Below, piece by piece: positions 22,715 through 33,700 of a DNA stretch of 64,000 nt. The notes under the pieces were generated by a model. It did no database searches and was not told the DNA's origin. It worked only from the letters and a program-made list of their open reading frames with translations. The first letter of the stretch is position 1; every line of letters starts with the position of its first letter. This DNA is from an uncultured Pelagibacteraceae bacterium (GTDB taxonomy: Bacteria > Pseudomonadota > Alphaproteobacteria > Pelagibacterales > Pelagibacteraceae): contig CABYVA010000002.1 of assembly GCA_902522325.1 (NCBI GenBank), forward strand, positions 25,666-89,665, read 5' to 3'. A program made the position numbers and the translations under genes.

Positions 22715-23164
22715 TTATTTCCTATCTACAATAGTTGCTGACCATTGAGCATCCGCCATTTTTTTTTCAGCCACATAAGCTTCACCTTTATATTTCCACA
22801 CTTTACCGTGTGATCTGATTGCTTCAATGTTAAGTTCAAGTTTGCAATCTGGGATGACTGGATTTCTAAATCTTGCTTTTTCAACACTCATTAAAAAAAC
22901 TAATTTATTTTTGTAAGTAGATTTATCTAAACCATGAGCCGTTAGCGCTGCTGCAGCTTGACCAAATGCTTCTACAATCAGTACTCCAGGCATTACAGGT
23001 TGACCCGGGAAATGACCTTGTACAAAAAAACTGTCTTTTCTTACGTTGACAATGGCTGTTGCAGAAAATAATTTTTTAATATTTAACAAGGAATCAATTA
23101 GCAACATAGGTTCTCTATGTGGTAATAGATTTATTATTTCATCTTTGTTTAAAGCGACTGACAT
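22715..23164 (-). CDS. fabZ: 3-hydroxyacyl-ACP dehydratase
   Basis: LPHREPMLLID, GHFPGQPVMPGVLIVEA. Confidence 0.97.
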   Translation of the reverse strand: MSVALNKDEIINLLPHREPMLLIDSLLNIKKLFSATAIVNVRKDSFFVQGHFPGQPVMPGVLIVEAFGQAAAALTAHGLDKSTYKNKLVFLMSVEKARFRNPVIPDCKLELNIEAIRSHGKVWKYKGEAYVAEKKMADAQWSATIVDRK

Positions 23165-23167
23165 TAA

Positions 23168-23689
23168 TTAATCAATACTTACTTTTGTAATTTTTTTATC
23201 AAGTAAGTTTAAAATATCTTTTGTAATATCTAAATTTGATTTTCCTATTATAATATTTTTTTTTTCAATAATTAATGAAATAGAGTTTTTTTCTGAATAT
23301 TCCGCTAAAATAGGTTTAAGTTCATTAATAATTTTAGCTGTAGCAGACAATCTTTGTTTTGTGATCTTGTCAATTTTCTCTTTTCTTAAAATTCTATATT
23401 CGTTTGCTTTTTCTCTTAATTTAGAAATTTCATTCTGAAAATCTTCTTTGCTTAAAACGGTTCTTTTTTTAACAATTTTCTCTTCTTCATTTTTAAGATC
23501 CTCTTCTATTTTCTGGAAAGAGGTAATATTTTTTTTATGAGTATCCTCAATTTTTTTGTTTATATTTTTACCAGCTTTAGAATTAGACATAATATAATTT
23601 ATGTCTAAATAAACTACCTTATCATTAGAAAAAGCAGATAAATTAAAAAAAAAAGAAAAAAATAATATTAAAAAAATATTTTTTTTCAT
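23168..23689 (-). CDS. skp: OmpH/Skp periplasmic chaperone
   Basis: Signal peptide, coiled coil, C-terminal DIT; follows bamA. Confidence 0.85.
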   Translation of the reverse strand: MKKNIFLILFFSFFFNLSAFSNDKVVYLDINYIMSNSKAGKNINKKIEDTHKKNITSFQKIEEDLKNEEEKIVKKRTVLSKEDFQNEISKLREKANEYRILRKEKIDKITKQRLSATAKIINELKPILAEYSEKNSISLIIEKKNIIIGKSNLDITKDILNLLDKKITKVSID

Positions 23690-25932
23690 TAAAAAGTTGT
23701 TCCTATGCTGAATTGGAACGTTTGAGTTTTGTCACTACTTGCTTTTGTTATAGGTTGTGCGAGTGTAAAGTTCATTGGTCCAATAGGTGTAAACCAATTA
23801 ACACCGATGCCTGCTGCTGATCTAATTTCATTTGATTCATTTACAGTATCAGAATAATCAACTCCCCAAACGTTACCAGCATCTATAAAAAAAGCAAAAT
23901 CAGCTGATTGAACGCTAGGCATAATCATTGGAAGATTCGTTGTGAAATTTAATGATGCAGCATAATTTCCTCCAACATAATCACTTCCATCTTTAGGGCC
24001 TACTTTTCCAGATTCAAAACCTCTTAACTTATCTCTAGGTAACCTTACTCTTTCTGAGATTCTTACATCTTTAGAATCATCTAATGAATTAACTGCTCTT
24101 GTATAAAAAGAAATTTTTGTTATTAAATCCTCGCCCCAATTGTTGTATTTGGCAAATTCATAACCATTAAGAACTGATAAGTCATCAGCCCAAATTGGTA
24201 AATTTTGAGTGAATGAACTTACAAAACCTTCGGATGTTCTCCATCTTCGGTCTCTTTTATCATATGTGATAGTGTAACCAAAGTTTGTATCAAAATAGTT
24301 ACCTTCTTGTTTTTTTAAAGATGCTATTGCTGTACTATTAGTTGTTAATTTTTCGACGTAGGTTGAAATGCTTGGGCTTATATAGAAATCTTCATATTGT
24401 TCAAATGATGTGCCAAAATTAAAACCTGTTTTAGAAGATTTGTAACCATTTTTGGTAAGTCTATCTGTTACAATGCTCTGCACATTAAATGTCAAAGCTT
24501 TATCAGTATAATTAAAATTTGGATTTGTCACACTGAACTGACCTTTGACGCTATCTTCGCTCAAATCTAATGATGAGATCAATCTAATACCTTTTCCCGC
24601 ATAGTTATTTTCTTTTATTGAAAAACCAAAACTAGTGCCATCGCTACTAACACCAGCACCCGCAGTTATTTCGCCGGTTGGTTTTTCTTCAATATTAAAT
24701 GTTATTATTTTTGAATCCTCATCGGAACCATCATCTACTTTAGCATCAACGGTTTTAAATATATTTAGTGCTTTTAAGTTATTGATGGATTTTGCATGTA
24801 ATAACTCATTAAAAGGATCACCTTCGTCTATTTCTAGGTTATTTCTAAGAACAGTTTCTAAAGTAATATTATTTCCAAAAATATTGATTTTCTCCACGTA
24901 TTTTTTGTCTGTTTCAGATATTACTATCTTTAAATTTAAAAGATTATTTTCTACTATTTCTTCGTTAATTTTAGCAGTAATAAATTCATATTCTCTACTT
25001 AAAGAAACTTTATCAATTTGATCTACTACTTTGGATAACTTCGTAAAAGAATAAACTTCATTTTCCAAATCTTTTAAAATTTCATTTACTTTAGTAAAAT
25101 TTTTTGGATCATAATCATCAGGTATTATTAAATCTGTTTTATTAATAGTGAAAACAGGTCCAGCATCTATGTTAAAAACTAAATTAAATTTTCCAGAATC
25201 TAAAAGTCTTGCCGAGGAATCGCTTATATCAACTTGATAGTATCCTTTGTCCAAATAATAATTTTTTAATAATCTCTTATCAAGATCAACTTGCATTGGA
25301 TTCAAATATTTCTTTCTAGAAATAAATTTCCAAAATCTATTTTCCTCACTTGTAATTACATTTCTTAATTTTCTATCTTTAACTTTTTTGTCACCTGTAA
25401 ATTCAATTTTAGAAATTAATGCTTTTTCTCCAAGTTCTATTTCATAAATTAAATTTACTGTATCATTACTATTTTGCTGAATTGAGCTTTTAACTTTAGC
25501 AAAGTAATATCCTTGAGTTGACAAAATATTTTTTATTAAAGTTAAATCTTGGGAAGCCGAATACTCATTATAAGGACTTTTGTCTTGAAGCTTCATTGCT
25601 TCCAGCAAAAGTTTAGAGGTTTTTTTAGCTTTAATTCCTTTAACTTGAATTTGCTGAATAATTTTATTTTCAACTACAGTTAGAATAAGAACATTATCTT
25701 TTACTTCAAGTTTAATGTCAGAAAAAAAATTTGTATTGTACAAATTTTTTAAAATATTGTTTAAATCTTTCTCCGAATAATCTGATCCCATTTTAATATT
25801 TCCGAAAGTAAGTATTGTAGCTTTGGGCACTCGATTATTATTTTTAATTATAACGTCATTAATTATTTCTGAATTAACCTGAAAAACAGAATTAAGTAAT
25901 AAAATTAATGATATGAAAATAATTCTTAGCAT
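23689..25932 (-). CDS. bamA: Outer membrane protein assembly factor BamA
   Basis: POTRA repeats, LRGF, WFTPIGP, terminal FSIGTTF. Confidence 0.96.
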   Translation of the reverse strand: MLRIIFISLILLLNSVFQVNSEIINDVIIKNNNRVPKATILTFGNIKMGSDYSEKDLNNILKNLYNTNFFSDIKLEVKDNVLILTVVENKIIQQIQVKGIKAKKTSKLLLEAMKLQDKSPYNEYSASQDLTLIKNILSTQGYYFAKVKSSIQQNSNDTVNLIYEIELGEKALISKIEFTGDKKVKDRKLRNVITSEENRFWKFISRKKYLNPMQVDLDKRLLKNYYLDKGYYQVDISDSSARLLDSGKFNLVFNIDAGPVFTINKTDLIIPDDYDPKNFTKVNEILKDLENEVYSFTKLSKVVDQIDKVSLSREYEFITAKINEEIVENNLLNLKIVISETDKKYVEKINIFGNNITLETVLRNNLEIDEGDPFNELLHAKSINNLKALNIFKTVDAKVDDGSDEDSKIITFNIEEKPTGEITAGAGVSSDGTSFGFSIKENNYAGKGIRLISSLDLSEDSVKGQFSVTNPNFNYTDKALTFNVQSIVTDRLTKNGYKSSKTGFNFGTSFEQYEDFYISPSISTYVEKLTTNSTAIASLKKQEGNYFDTNFGYTITYDKRDRRWRTSEGFVSSFTQNLPIWADDLSVLNGYEFAKYNNWGEDLITKISFYTRAVNSLDDSKDVRISERVRLPRDKLRGFESGKVGPKDGSDYVGGNYAASLNFTTNLPMIMPSVQSADFAFFIDAGNVWGVDYSDTVNESNEIRSAAGIGVNWFTPIGPMNFTLAQPITKASSDKTQTFQFSIGTTF

Positions 25933-27101
25933 TTTTGGGATAATACACTTAAGGAAAATGTTTTCAATCTTACATATCGGCTAAGCTTGTAAATTTGCTC
26001 ATAATTAGTAGGAATAATTTGTTTATATTTAGAGAATTCTTTTAATTCCAATATTTTTTTTAATATTATTGAAATTTCAGTAAACTTAATTTGGCCTTTC
26101 AAGAATAAATAAACTAATTCATCATTAGCTGCAACTAAGACTGTATCATAAAGTGAAATTTTACTAGAAAACTTATTTAATAACTTTAAAGACGGAAATT
26201 TTATTTTATTTGGTTCTTGAAAATTTAAATTATTAATAATGGAAAAATCTATTTTTTTTGTGATAATAGATTTATCTGCTTTGTCATAAATAATATTAAA
26301 AATTGGAATAGTCATACTCGTATCGTGGACTAGAATTTTGGTCAAACCATTATTAAATTTAATTACTGCATGAACGTAAGATTTTGGATGGATATAAATT
26401 TTAAATTTATTTATATTAATATTAAAAATTCTTTGGGCTTCTATAACTTCAAAAACTTTATTCATTAATGTAGCTGAGTCTACAGATATTTTACTACCCA
26501 TTTTCCAATTAGGATGTTTAATTGCATTTTTAGGTTTAATTTTTTCAAAGTTTTTGAAAGGTAGATTTAGAAATGGACCGCCAGAAGCCGTAATAATTAC
26601 TTCTTCTATATTATTTTTTTTTTCATTCAGTAACTCTCTTATTGAAAAATGTTCTGAGTCGATTGGAATAAATTCTGATTTATACTTTTTTATTTTTTTT
26701 TGAATTAAATTCCATGCACAAATTATTGATTCTTTATTTGCTATTGCTATTTTTTTACTAAATTGAATAATATCTAAAGTTGGTTTTAACCCATCTAAAC
26801 CTGAAATAGCGGAAATTGTTAAGTCAATTTTAGAGTTAAATTTCTTATTAAATAAATCAAAGTTATTAAACACATTAATTTTTTTATTTTTAAGTTTTTT
26901 TTTTAAAATTAAATAATTTTTTAAATTATTAATAATTATATTTCGTACTTTAAAATCTTTAACTTGTTTTAATAATTCCTTATAATTGCTATTAGTAGTA
27001 AGTAAAATAATTTCAAAATTTTTTTTATCTTTTTTTAATATATTTATAGAAGATTTACCAATTGAACCTGTAGAACCAAGAATTGCAATTTTTTTTTTCA
27101 T
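25926..27101 (-). CDS. dxr: 1-deoxy-D-xylulose-5-phosphate reductoisomerase
   Basis: LGSTGSIG, ANKES, DSEH, HPNWKMG. Confidence 0.97.
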   Translation of the reverse strand: MKKKIAILGSTGSIGKSSINILKKDKKNFEIILLTTNSNYKELLKQVKDFKVRNIIINNLKNYLILKKKLKNKKINVFNNFDLFNKKFNSKIDLTISAISGLDGLKPTLDIIQFSKKIAIANKESIICAWNLIQKKIKKYKSEFIPIDSEHFSIRELLNEKKNNIEEVIITASGGPFLNLPFKNFEKIKPKNAIKHPNWKMGSKISVDSATLMNKVFEVIEAQRIFNININKFKIYIHPKSYVHAVIKFNNGLTKILVHDTSMTIPIFNIIYDKADKSIITKKIDFSIINNLNFQEPNKIKFPSLKLLNKFSSKISLYDTVLVAANDELVYLFLKGQIKFTEISIILKKILELKEFSKYKQIIPTNYEQIYKLSRYVRLKTFSLSVLSQKC

Positions 27102-27727
27102 ATATTTAGATAACCAGTTAAATTAACTAAATAATAAGTTGGAAATGCAAAAATCATTCCATCAATTCTATCAAGTAAACCGCCATGGCCTGGGATTATT
27201 TTTCCGGTATTTTTAATTTTTGATTTTCTTTTAAAATATGAAACAATTATATCGCCAATCTGACTTACAGTTGAAATCAAAATAAATATTATAATATACT
27301 GAATAGGTGTATTTGGATAATCTATATAATTAATAATTATGGTTAAAGATATCAGTGATAAAAAATATCCTCCAATTGCTCCTGCGTAAGTTTTATTGGG
27401 ACTAATTTTTGTTAATTTGGGCCCATTAAAAATTTTACCAAAAACATATCCGCCTATGTCGGTAGATATACATATCGTAAATACAAAAAGAAATCCAACT
27501 ACTTCAACTGAAAGTTCATAAAAAGTATAAAAAGAAATAACTAAAAAAATAAATCCATAAATTTTATAAGATTTCCTTTTAGTCATCATGTGCCATTCAT
27601 AACAAGCTACAACAAAACAAATAAATGTAAAAAACATCAGTATAAAAGATCCATGAGCTATGAAATAAAGTGCTAATGGTATTAGTATTATTGAACTCAA
27701 TATTCTTTTAATTAACTCTTTGCTCAT
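27098..27727 (-). CDS. cdsA: Phosphatidate cytidylyltransferase
   Basis: ISPNKT, PGHGGLLDRID. Confidence 0.95.
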   Translation of the reverse strand: MSKELIKRILSSIILIPLALYFIAHGSFILMFFTFICFVVACYEWHMMTKRKSYKIYGFIFLVISFYTFYELSVEVVGFLFVFTICISTDIGGYVFGKIFNGPKLTKISPNKTYAGAIGGYFLSLISLTIIINYIDYPNTPIQYIIIFILISTVSQIGDIIVSYFKRKSKIKNTGKIIPGHGGLLDRIDGMIFAFPTYYLVNLTGYLNI

Positions 27728-28404
27728 TAAATATTACCATAATTTCTTTTTATTTTTTTAAACTTTTTTAATATTTTATTGTAATCGTTTTCATTAAAAT
27801 CAGGCCAAAGTTTCTTTTCAAAGAATATTTCTGAATAAGCCAATTGCCATAGCAAAAAATTACTTAATCTATTAGTATTGCCAGTTCTAATTAAAATATC
27901 TGGATCTGGAATATTTGACGTGTATAGGTTTTTTTCTATATTTTTTATATTTATGTTTTTATTTTCTTTATTCAATTTTTGAAATGTATCAATTAATTCA
28001 GATTTAGACCCATAATTAAGAGCTAAGTTTACTTGAAGTTTTGTATTATTCTTAGTTAGTTGTTCAGATTTTTTAATTTTGTTTTTAAGTTTTTTTTCGA
28101 AAACATTTATATTACCGATTATTTTTAATTTAATATTATTTTGGTTAAATTCTTTTATTTTTTTATCGATAAAATTGTCTAGCAAATTGAATAAAAATCT
28201 AATTTCTTTTTTTGGTCTTTTCCAATTTTCAGTTGAAAAAGCGAATAAAGTTAAATATTTAATTTTATTTTCTAATGTTGACTTAATTATTTTTTCTACA
28301 GTATTCAGACCAGCTTTATGACCAAGGTTTCTTGATTTTTTATATTTAATACCCCATCGGCCATTTCCATCCATTATTATGGCCACATGTTTTATTGGGT
28401 TCAT
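27727..28404 (-). CDS. uppS: Undecaprenyl diphosphate synthase
   Basis: IMDGNGRW, FSTENWKRP, RLSNFLLWQ. Confidence 0.97.
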   Translation of the reverse strand: MNPIKHVAIIMDGNGRWGIKYKKSRNLGHKAGLNTVEKIIKSTLENKIKYLTLFAFSTENWKRPKKEIRFLFNLLDNFIDKKIKEFNQNNIKLKIIGNINVFEKKLKNKIKKSEQLTKNNTKLQVNLALNYGSKSELIDTFQKLNKENKNINIKNIEKNLYTSNIPDPDILIRTGNTNRLSNFLLWQLAYSEIFFEKKLWPDFNENDYNKILKKFKKIKRNYGNI

Positions 28405-28952
28405 ATTGTCATTATTTCTTTTTCTTTAGAAATTACTTTTTCGTCGATTTTTTTAATATGATCGTCGGTAAAGTTTTGAATTTGTTTTTCAAATTTATTT
28501 TCATCATCTTCGCTAATTTCCTTCTTTTTTAATAAATTTTTTAGATCATCGTTTGCTTCTCTTCTTACATTTCTAATTGAAACCTTGCATTTTTCACCCA
28601 TTGTTTTAATCATTTTTTTTATTTCATTTCTTCTTTCTTCGCTAAGATCAGGAATTGGTAATCTAATAAGCTGACCATCAATTTGAGGATTAAGTCCAAG
28701 TTCGGATTTTTTAATTGCTGAATCGATCAAATTCACATTGTTCAAATCCCAAACTTGTATAATAATCATTCTAGGCTCTGGAGTTGTAATTGTGCCAAGT
28801 TGATTAATCGGCATTTTCTGTCCATAGACATCAACTTTTACTAAATCAAGCATTTTTGAATTTGCTCTGCCGGTTCGTAAAGATGATAGTTCCTTGGTAA
28901 AAATTTCAAATGTTTTATCCATTTTTTGGTTATAATTTTTTTCGTTAAACAT
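28401..28952 (-). CDS. frr: Ribosome recycling factor
   Basis: LRTGRA, GLNP, LSEERR, RNVRR. Confidence 0.97.
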   Translation of the reverse strand: MFNEKNYNQKMDKTFEIFTKELSSLRTGRANSKMLDLVKVDVYGQKMPINQLGTITTPEPRMIIIQVWDLNNVNLIDSAIKKSELGLNPQIDGQLIRLPIPDLSEERRNEIKKMIKTMGEKCKVSIRNVRREANDDLKNLLKKKEISEDDENKFEKQIQNFTDDHIKKIDEKVISKEKEIMTI

Positions 28953-29804
28953 TTATTCGCCAATTTTTAGTCTATAAAAATCTTTAATTTTTAAATCATT
29001 AATGCTTAAGTCTTTCAAAATATCTTTGACTTTTTTTTTAGGCTCCATAACCCAGGGCTGAGATAATAAAGCATTATCTTCTTTAAATTTTTTAATTTTA
29101 CCTATGCTAATTTTTTTTATAATTTCATCAGGTTTACCTGTGTTTTTCAATTCTTCAGATATTAAAGATTCTTCTTTAGATAAGATTTCCTTATCAATTT
29201 TATCACTTTCTAAAGCTAAAGGGTTAGATGCAGCAATGTGCATCGATAAATGTTTTCCGAATTTTTTTAAATTTTCAGAATTATCATTTGTTTCCAAAGA
29301 AACTACTACAGCAAGTTTTGAAAGATTGTCTTTAACAATAGTGTGAAGGTATTTAAAATTTTTAGAGCCTTTATGGTTAAAAGTTTTAACTCTACCGATA
29401 GTTATTTTTTCACCTATTTTAGATATTAAAGCAACTAGATTTTCATCCACAGTCTTAGAATTTTTCATTTTATGATTTTTTAATTTTTCTAAGCTCGAGC
29501 TTACTGAATTGTTTAATTCGCTTAGCTCTTTTACAAAACTAACAAAATCTTCGTTCTTTGCAACAAAATCAGTTTCACAATTTACTTCAATTATTGAGAT
29601 TTGATTTTCATTTTCACTAACTGCTATAACTCCTTCTTTTGCAAGTCTCGACATTTTTTTAGAAGCTTTTGAAATTCCTTTTATTCTTAAAATTTCAATA
29701 GCTTTATCAATATCCCCCTTGGACTCTTGGATCGCTGCACTGCAGTCTTTAAATCCTGCGCCAGTTGACTGTCTTAATAATTTGATTTTTTCAATATCGC
29801 TCAT
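28953..29804 (-). CDS. tsf: Elongation factor Ts
   Basis: [22 protein letters not shown]. Confidence 0.97.
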   Translation of the reverse strand: MSDIEKIKLLRQSTGAGFKDCSAAIQESKGDIDKAIEILRIKGISKASKKMSRLAKEGVIAVSENENQISIIEVNCETDFVAKNEDFVSFVKELSELNNSVSSSLEKLKNHKMKNSKTVDENLVALISKIGEKITIGRVKTFNHKGSKNFKYLHTIVKDNLSKLAVVVSLETNDNSENLKKFGKHLSMHIAASNPLALESDKIDKEILSKEESLISEELKNTGKPDEIIKKISIGKIKKFKEDNALLSQPWVMEPKKKVKDILKDLSINDLKIKDFYRLKIGE

Positions 29805-30628
29805 TTGGATTTACTTTTTTTTTTTAACATAATCTTCTTATCTAATTTTTCTCTATCAAGTTCTGCCAATGTCTTTGGTTCCTTTTTTTTAGCTGTACTT
29901 TTTTTTTCTACCTTGCTGCTTGTTTCAACCGTTTCTTTTGGTGTATCCTTTTTAGCGTTCAATATAGTTTCCTTAATTAGAGAACAATATAAATCAATTG
30001 ATCTTCTAGCGTCATCATTACCTGGAATTGGGAACTCAATACCTTCTGGATCGGAATTTGTATCTAATATTGCAATTATAGGAATCCCAAGTTTAATTGA
30101 CTCTTTTATTGCTAATGACTCGTAGTTTGTATCAATGATAAAAACTAAATCAGGTATTTTTTTCATAGACGATATTCCGCCCAAAGATCTTTCTAATTTG
30201 TCTCTTAACACACTCATTTTAAGGAGTTCTTTTTTTGTAAAACCTCTATTTTCAGAAACTAAATCAATATTAATTTTTTGAAGTTTTTTAATTGAATTCG
30301 ATATAGTTCCCCAATTTGTTAACATACCGCCCAACCATCTATGATTTACAAAATATTGATCAGTTTCTTTAGCAAGTTCAGCTATTGCCTCGGACGCTTG
30401 TTTCTTTGTAGAAATAAATAAAATTTTTCCATTATTAGCTATTGTACTATAAACTTTTTCTAAAGCTTTATTTGTTAACTCCAAAGTTTGAGTAAGATCT
30501 ATAATGTGTATGGAATCTCTTTTCCCAAATATATATTTTTTCATTTTTGGGTTCCATCTAAGTGTTTTATGCCCTAAATGTACGCCCGCTTCTAATAATT
30601 GTTGAATTGTTATGCTTGGTATGTTCAT
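29801..30628 (-). CDS. rpsB: 30S ribosomal protein S2 (start revised to 30628)
   Basis: [26 protein letters not shown]. Confidence 0.98.
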   Translation of the reverse strand: MNIPSITIQQLLEAGVHLGHKTLRWNPKMKKYIFGKRDSIHIIDLTQTLELTNKALEKVYSTIANNGKILFISTKKQASEAIAELAKETDQYFVNHRWLGGMLTNWGTISNSIKKLQKINIDLVSENRGFTKKELLKMSVLRDKLERSLGGISSMKKIPDLVFIIDTNYESLAIKESIKLGIPIIAILDTNSDPEGIEFPIPGNDDARRSIDLYCSLIKETILNAKKDTPKETVETSSKVEKKSTAKKKEPKTLAELDREKLDKKIMLKKKSKSK

Positions 30629-30634
30629 ATTTTT

Positions 30635-30704
30635 TCCCGGTTGTGCCACCACAGTTACTTCCACTTAAGGACCGGAGGTATAAAACCACAAACTGTGTGC
30701 GTGT
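30635..30704 (-). ncRNA. rpsB 5' leader (S2 autoregulatory / t44-like cis element)
   Basis: Minus strand: CACAGTT...AACTGTG stem (30691-30697 / 30650-30656), internal CCGGT (30671-30675) complementary to downstream ACCGG (30637-30641), and GTGGCACAACC resembling the E. coli GAGGCATAACC segment. Confidence 0.72.
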
Positions 30705-30753
30705 TAATTTAACCCGTTATTTACAAATTATTTAATAAATAAACAAGTTTTTT

Positions 30754-33700
30754 TTAATAAATATTAGTGGAAATATTATGTTTTTTAAGGATATTTATTA
30801 ATTTTCTTTCTACATGTCTTTTATTTTTTAACTTAAATACAAGATTATTTTCTTTGTCCTTAATTTTGATTTTAACTTCAGTACTTCCATTGTTTGATAT
30901 AATTCTCGCAATATCATCAATATTGCTCTTAGAGTTAAGACTAAATTCAGCAGTTGTAATAGGTTTATTTAGCATGTTTTGGATTGAGGTAATTTTTTTA
31001 ACAGTAATACGTTTAAATCTATTTTCATTGTCTGCAACATTTTTATTAATTGTTAATAATAATGAATTACCTTCGATTAAGATATTTCGATTTAACTCCA
31101 AAATATCTGAAAAAATAAATAATTCAAAAACACCTGAGAGATCAGTAAATTTAATGATTGCGTATGAATTTCCTTTTTGAGTTTTTTTTTCCTGAATCTT
31201 CAAAATAGTTGCTGCTATATTGCATTCTATATTGTCATTAGATTTGCTAAATTCATTAAAATTTACTATTTTATATTCTTCAAATATATCCTTAAATTGA
31301 TTAATAGGATGGTCTGAAATATAAAAACCAATTGCTTGAAATTCTTTTGAAAGCCTATCTTCAAATTTCCAGTCATCAGAAAAATTTACTAAGTTATCAT
31401 CATTTTTTGGTTCTTCATTAAATAAATTGATTTGATTTAAATTTTTGTTATCAAAAATATTTTTAGATTTTAAAATAAGATTAGGTATTGAATTAAATAA
31501 AGATTGTCTATTTGAATTAATTTCATCAAATGCTCCAGCTTTAACTAAACCCTCCAACTGAAGCTTGTTAATATCTTTAGGGTTCACTCTATTAATAAAA
31601 TCATTTATTGATTTAAATTCACCATTTAAAATTCTTTCTTTAACAATATTGGAAATTGATTCATAGCCTACTGCTTTTATTGATCCCAGGGCATAGTAAA
31701 AATTATTTTGATCTGATCGAAAATCTTCATAACATTTATTTATATTCGGCCTGATAATTTTAATTTTTAGTCTTTTAAGCTCCTCATAGAACTCACTAAG
31801 TTTATTTTGATTTGATATATCCATAGTCATAGATGCTGCAAAAAATTCATTTGGAAAGTATGTTTTTAAGTAAGCTGTTTGGTATGAAATTATACCATAT
31901 GCTGCGGCGTGACTTTTATTAAAACCATATTCGGCAAATGGTTCTATTTTTAAAAATATGCCTGCAGCAATATCTTTTTTAATTCCATTTTTAACAGCGC
32001 CATCAATAAATTTTTCTTTTAGTTTTTCTATTTCAGATCTTTTCTTTTTTCCCATTGCTTTTCTCAAAATATCAGCTTGACCTGGTGAAAAACCAGAAAG
32101 TTTTTGCGCTATTTGCATTACTTGCTCCTGATAAATTATTACTCCATAAGTTGGTTTTAAAATTTCCTCTATATAAGGATGTAAATAATCAGGTTTTTTT
32201 TTCCCATGTTTGCAATCATTATAAATTGGGATATTGTTCATTGGTCCAGGCCTATATAAAGCTACAAGAGCTATTATATCTTCTAAATGATTTGGTTTCA
32301 TTTTCATTAACGCCTCTCTCATGCCAGCGCTTTCAAGTTGAAATATTCCTACAGTATTGCCAATTGACAACAAATCAAAAACTTTCTGATCATCAAATTT
32401 AATATTCTCAATTTTAAAGTTTTTATCTTTTTTATTAATTAATTTTTGTGTTTTGTTAATTACTGTTAATGTTTTCAAACCTAAAAAATCAAATTTTATT
32501 AAACCCGAATTTTCAGCCGAATACATGTCAAATTGAGTTGATGGTAATAGCAAATTAGCATTAGGGTCTTTATATAATGGAACTTCTTGTGTTAAATTTT
32601 TATCCGCAATAACTACGCCTGCAGCATGGGTAGCAACATTTCTATTTAAACCTTCTAATTTTAGTGAAAGGTCAGTTAATTTTTTAACCCTTGAATCTTC
32701 TTTAATTAATTTTTGCAATCTGGGTTCGTTGTTAATACACTCTGTCAAACTTTGAGGTCTTGATGGATCAAATGGTATCATTTTTGAAATACTGTCTACA
32801 AATCCATATGGTAAACCAATAACTCTACCAACATCTCTTATAACCATTCTAGCTTTCAATTTACCAAAAGTAATTATGTGAGCTACACCATTTTTATATT
32901 TTGAGGTTAAATATTTAAAAACTAAATCCCTTTTCTCTTCGCAAAAATCGATATCAAAATCAGGCATCGATATACGATCTGGATTTAAAAATCTTTCAAA
33001 AATTAAATTAAACTTTATAGGATCAACATCTGTAATTGATAAACACCAAGCAACTAGCGATCCAGCTCCTGATCCTCTTCCAGGGCCGACAGGTATATCG
33101 TTGTTTTTTGCCCATTTTATATAGTCTGAAACTATTAAAAAATAACTAGCATATTTCATTTCAGTAATTATTTTTAATTCATGATTTAATCTTTTTTTAT
33201 ATTTAATAAATCTTTCATTTTTATCTAAATTAATTTCATCAATATTAAATAATTTAATGAATTTATTTTTTAATCCTTTTTCAGAATCTTTAAGTAGTAT
33301 CTCATCAGCATCACCCCCTTTTTCAGAACTAATATTCGGAAGAACCGGGCTTGATGTTCTAGGTCTATAACTGCATAAATAAGGCAAGTTATAATTATTT
33401 TCTAATGCTTCAGGCAAATCAGAAAATAATTTTTGCATTTCTTCATTAGTTTTAAAATAATGGTTTGGACTATATTTTATCCTATTTGCTTCATTTATAT
33501 AATTTTTCGAACCAATGCATAATAATGCATCATGAGCTTCGTACATGTTTTTATTAAGATAAAAAGTTTCGTTGGTAGCAATTATTGGTATTTTTACTTT
33601 TAAAGAATGTTGTAAATTAAATTTTTCAAATAATTTTTCATTATGATCATTGTGCCTTTGTATTTCTATGTAAAATTTATCTTTATATGTTTCCGATATT

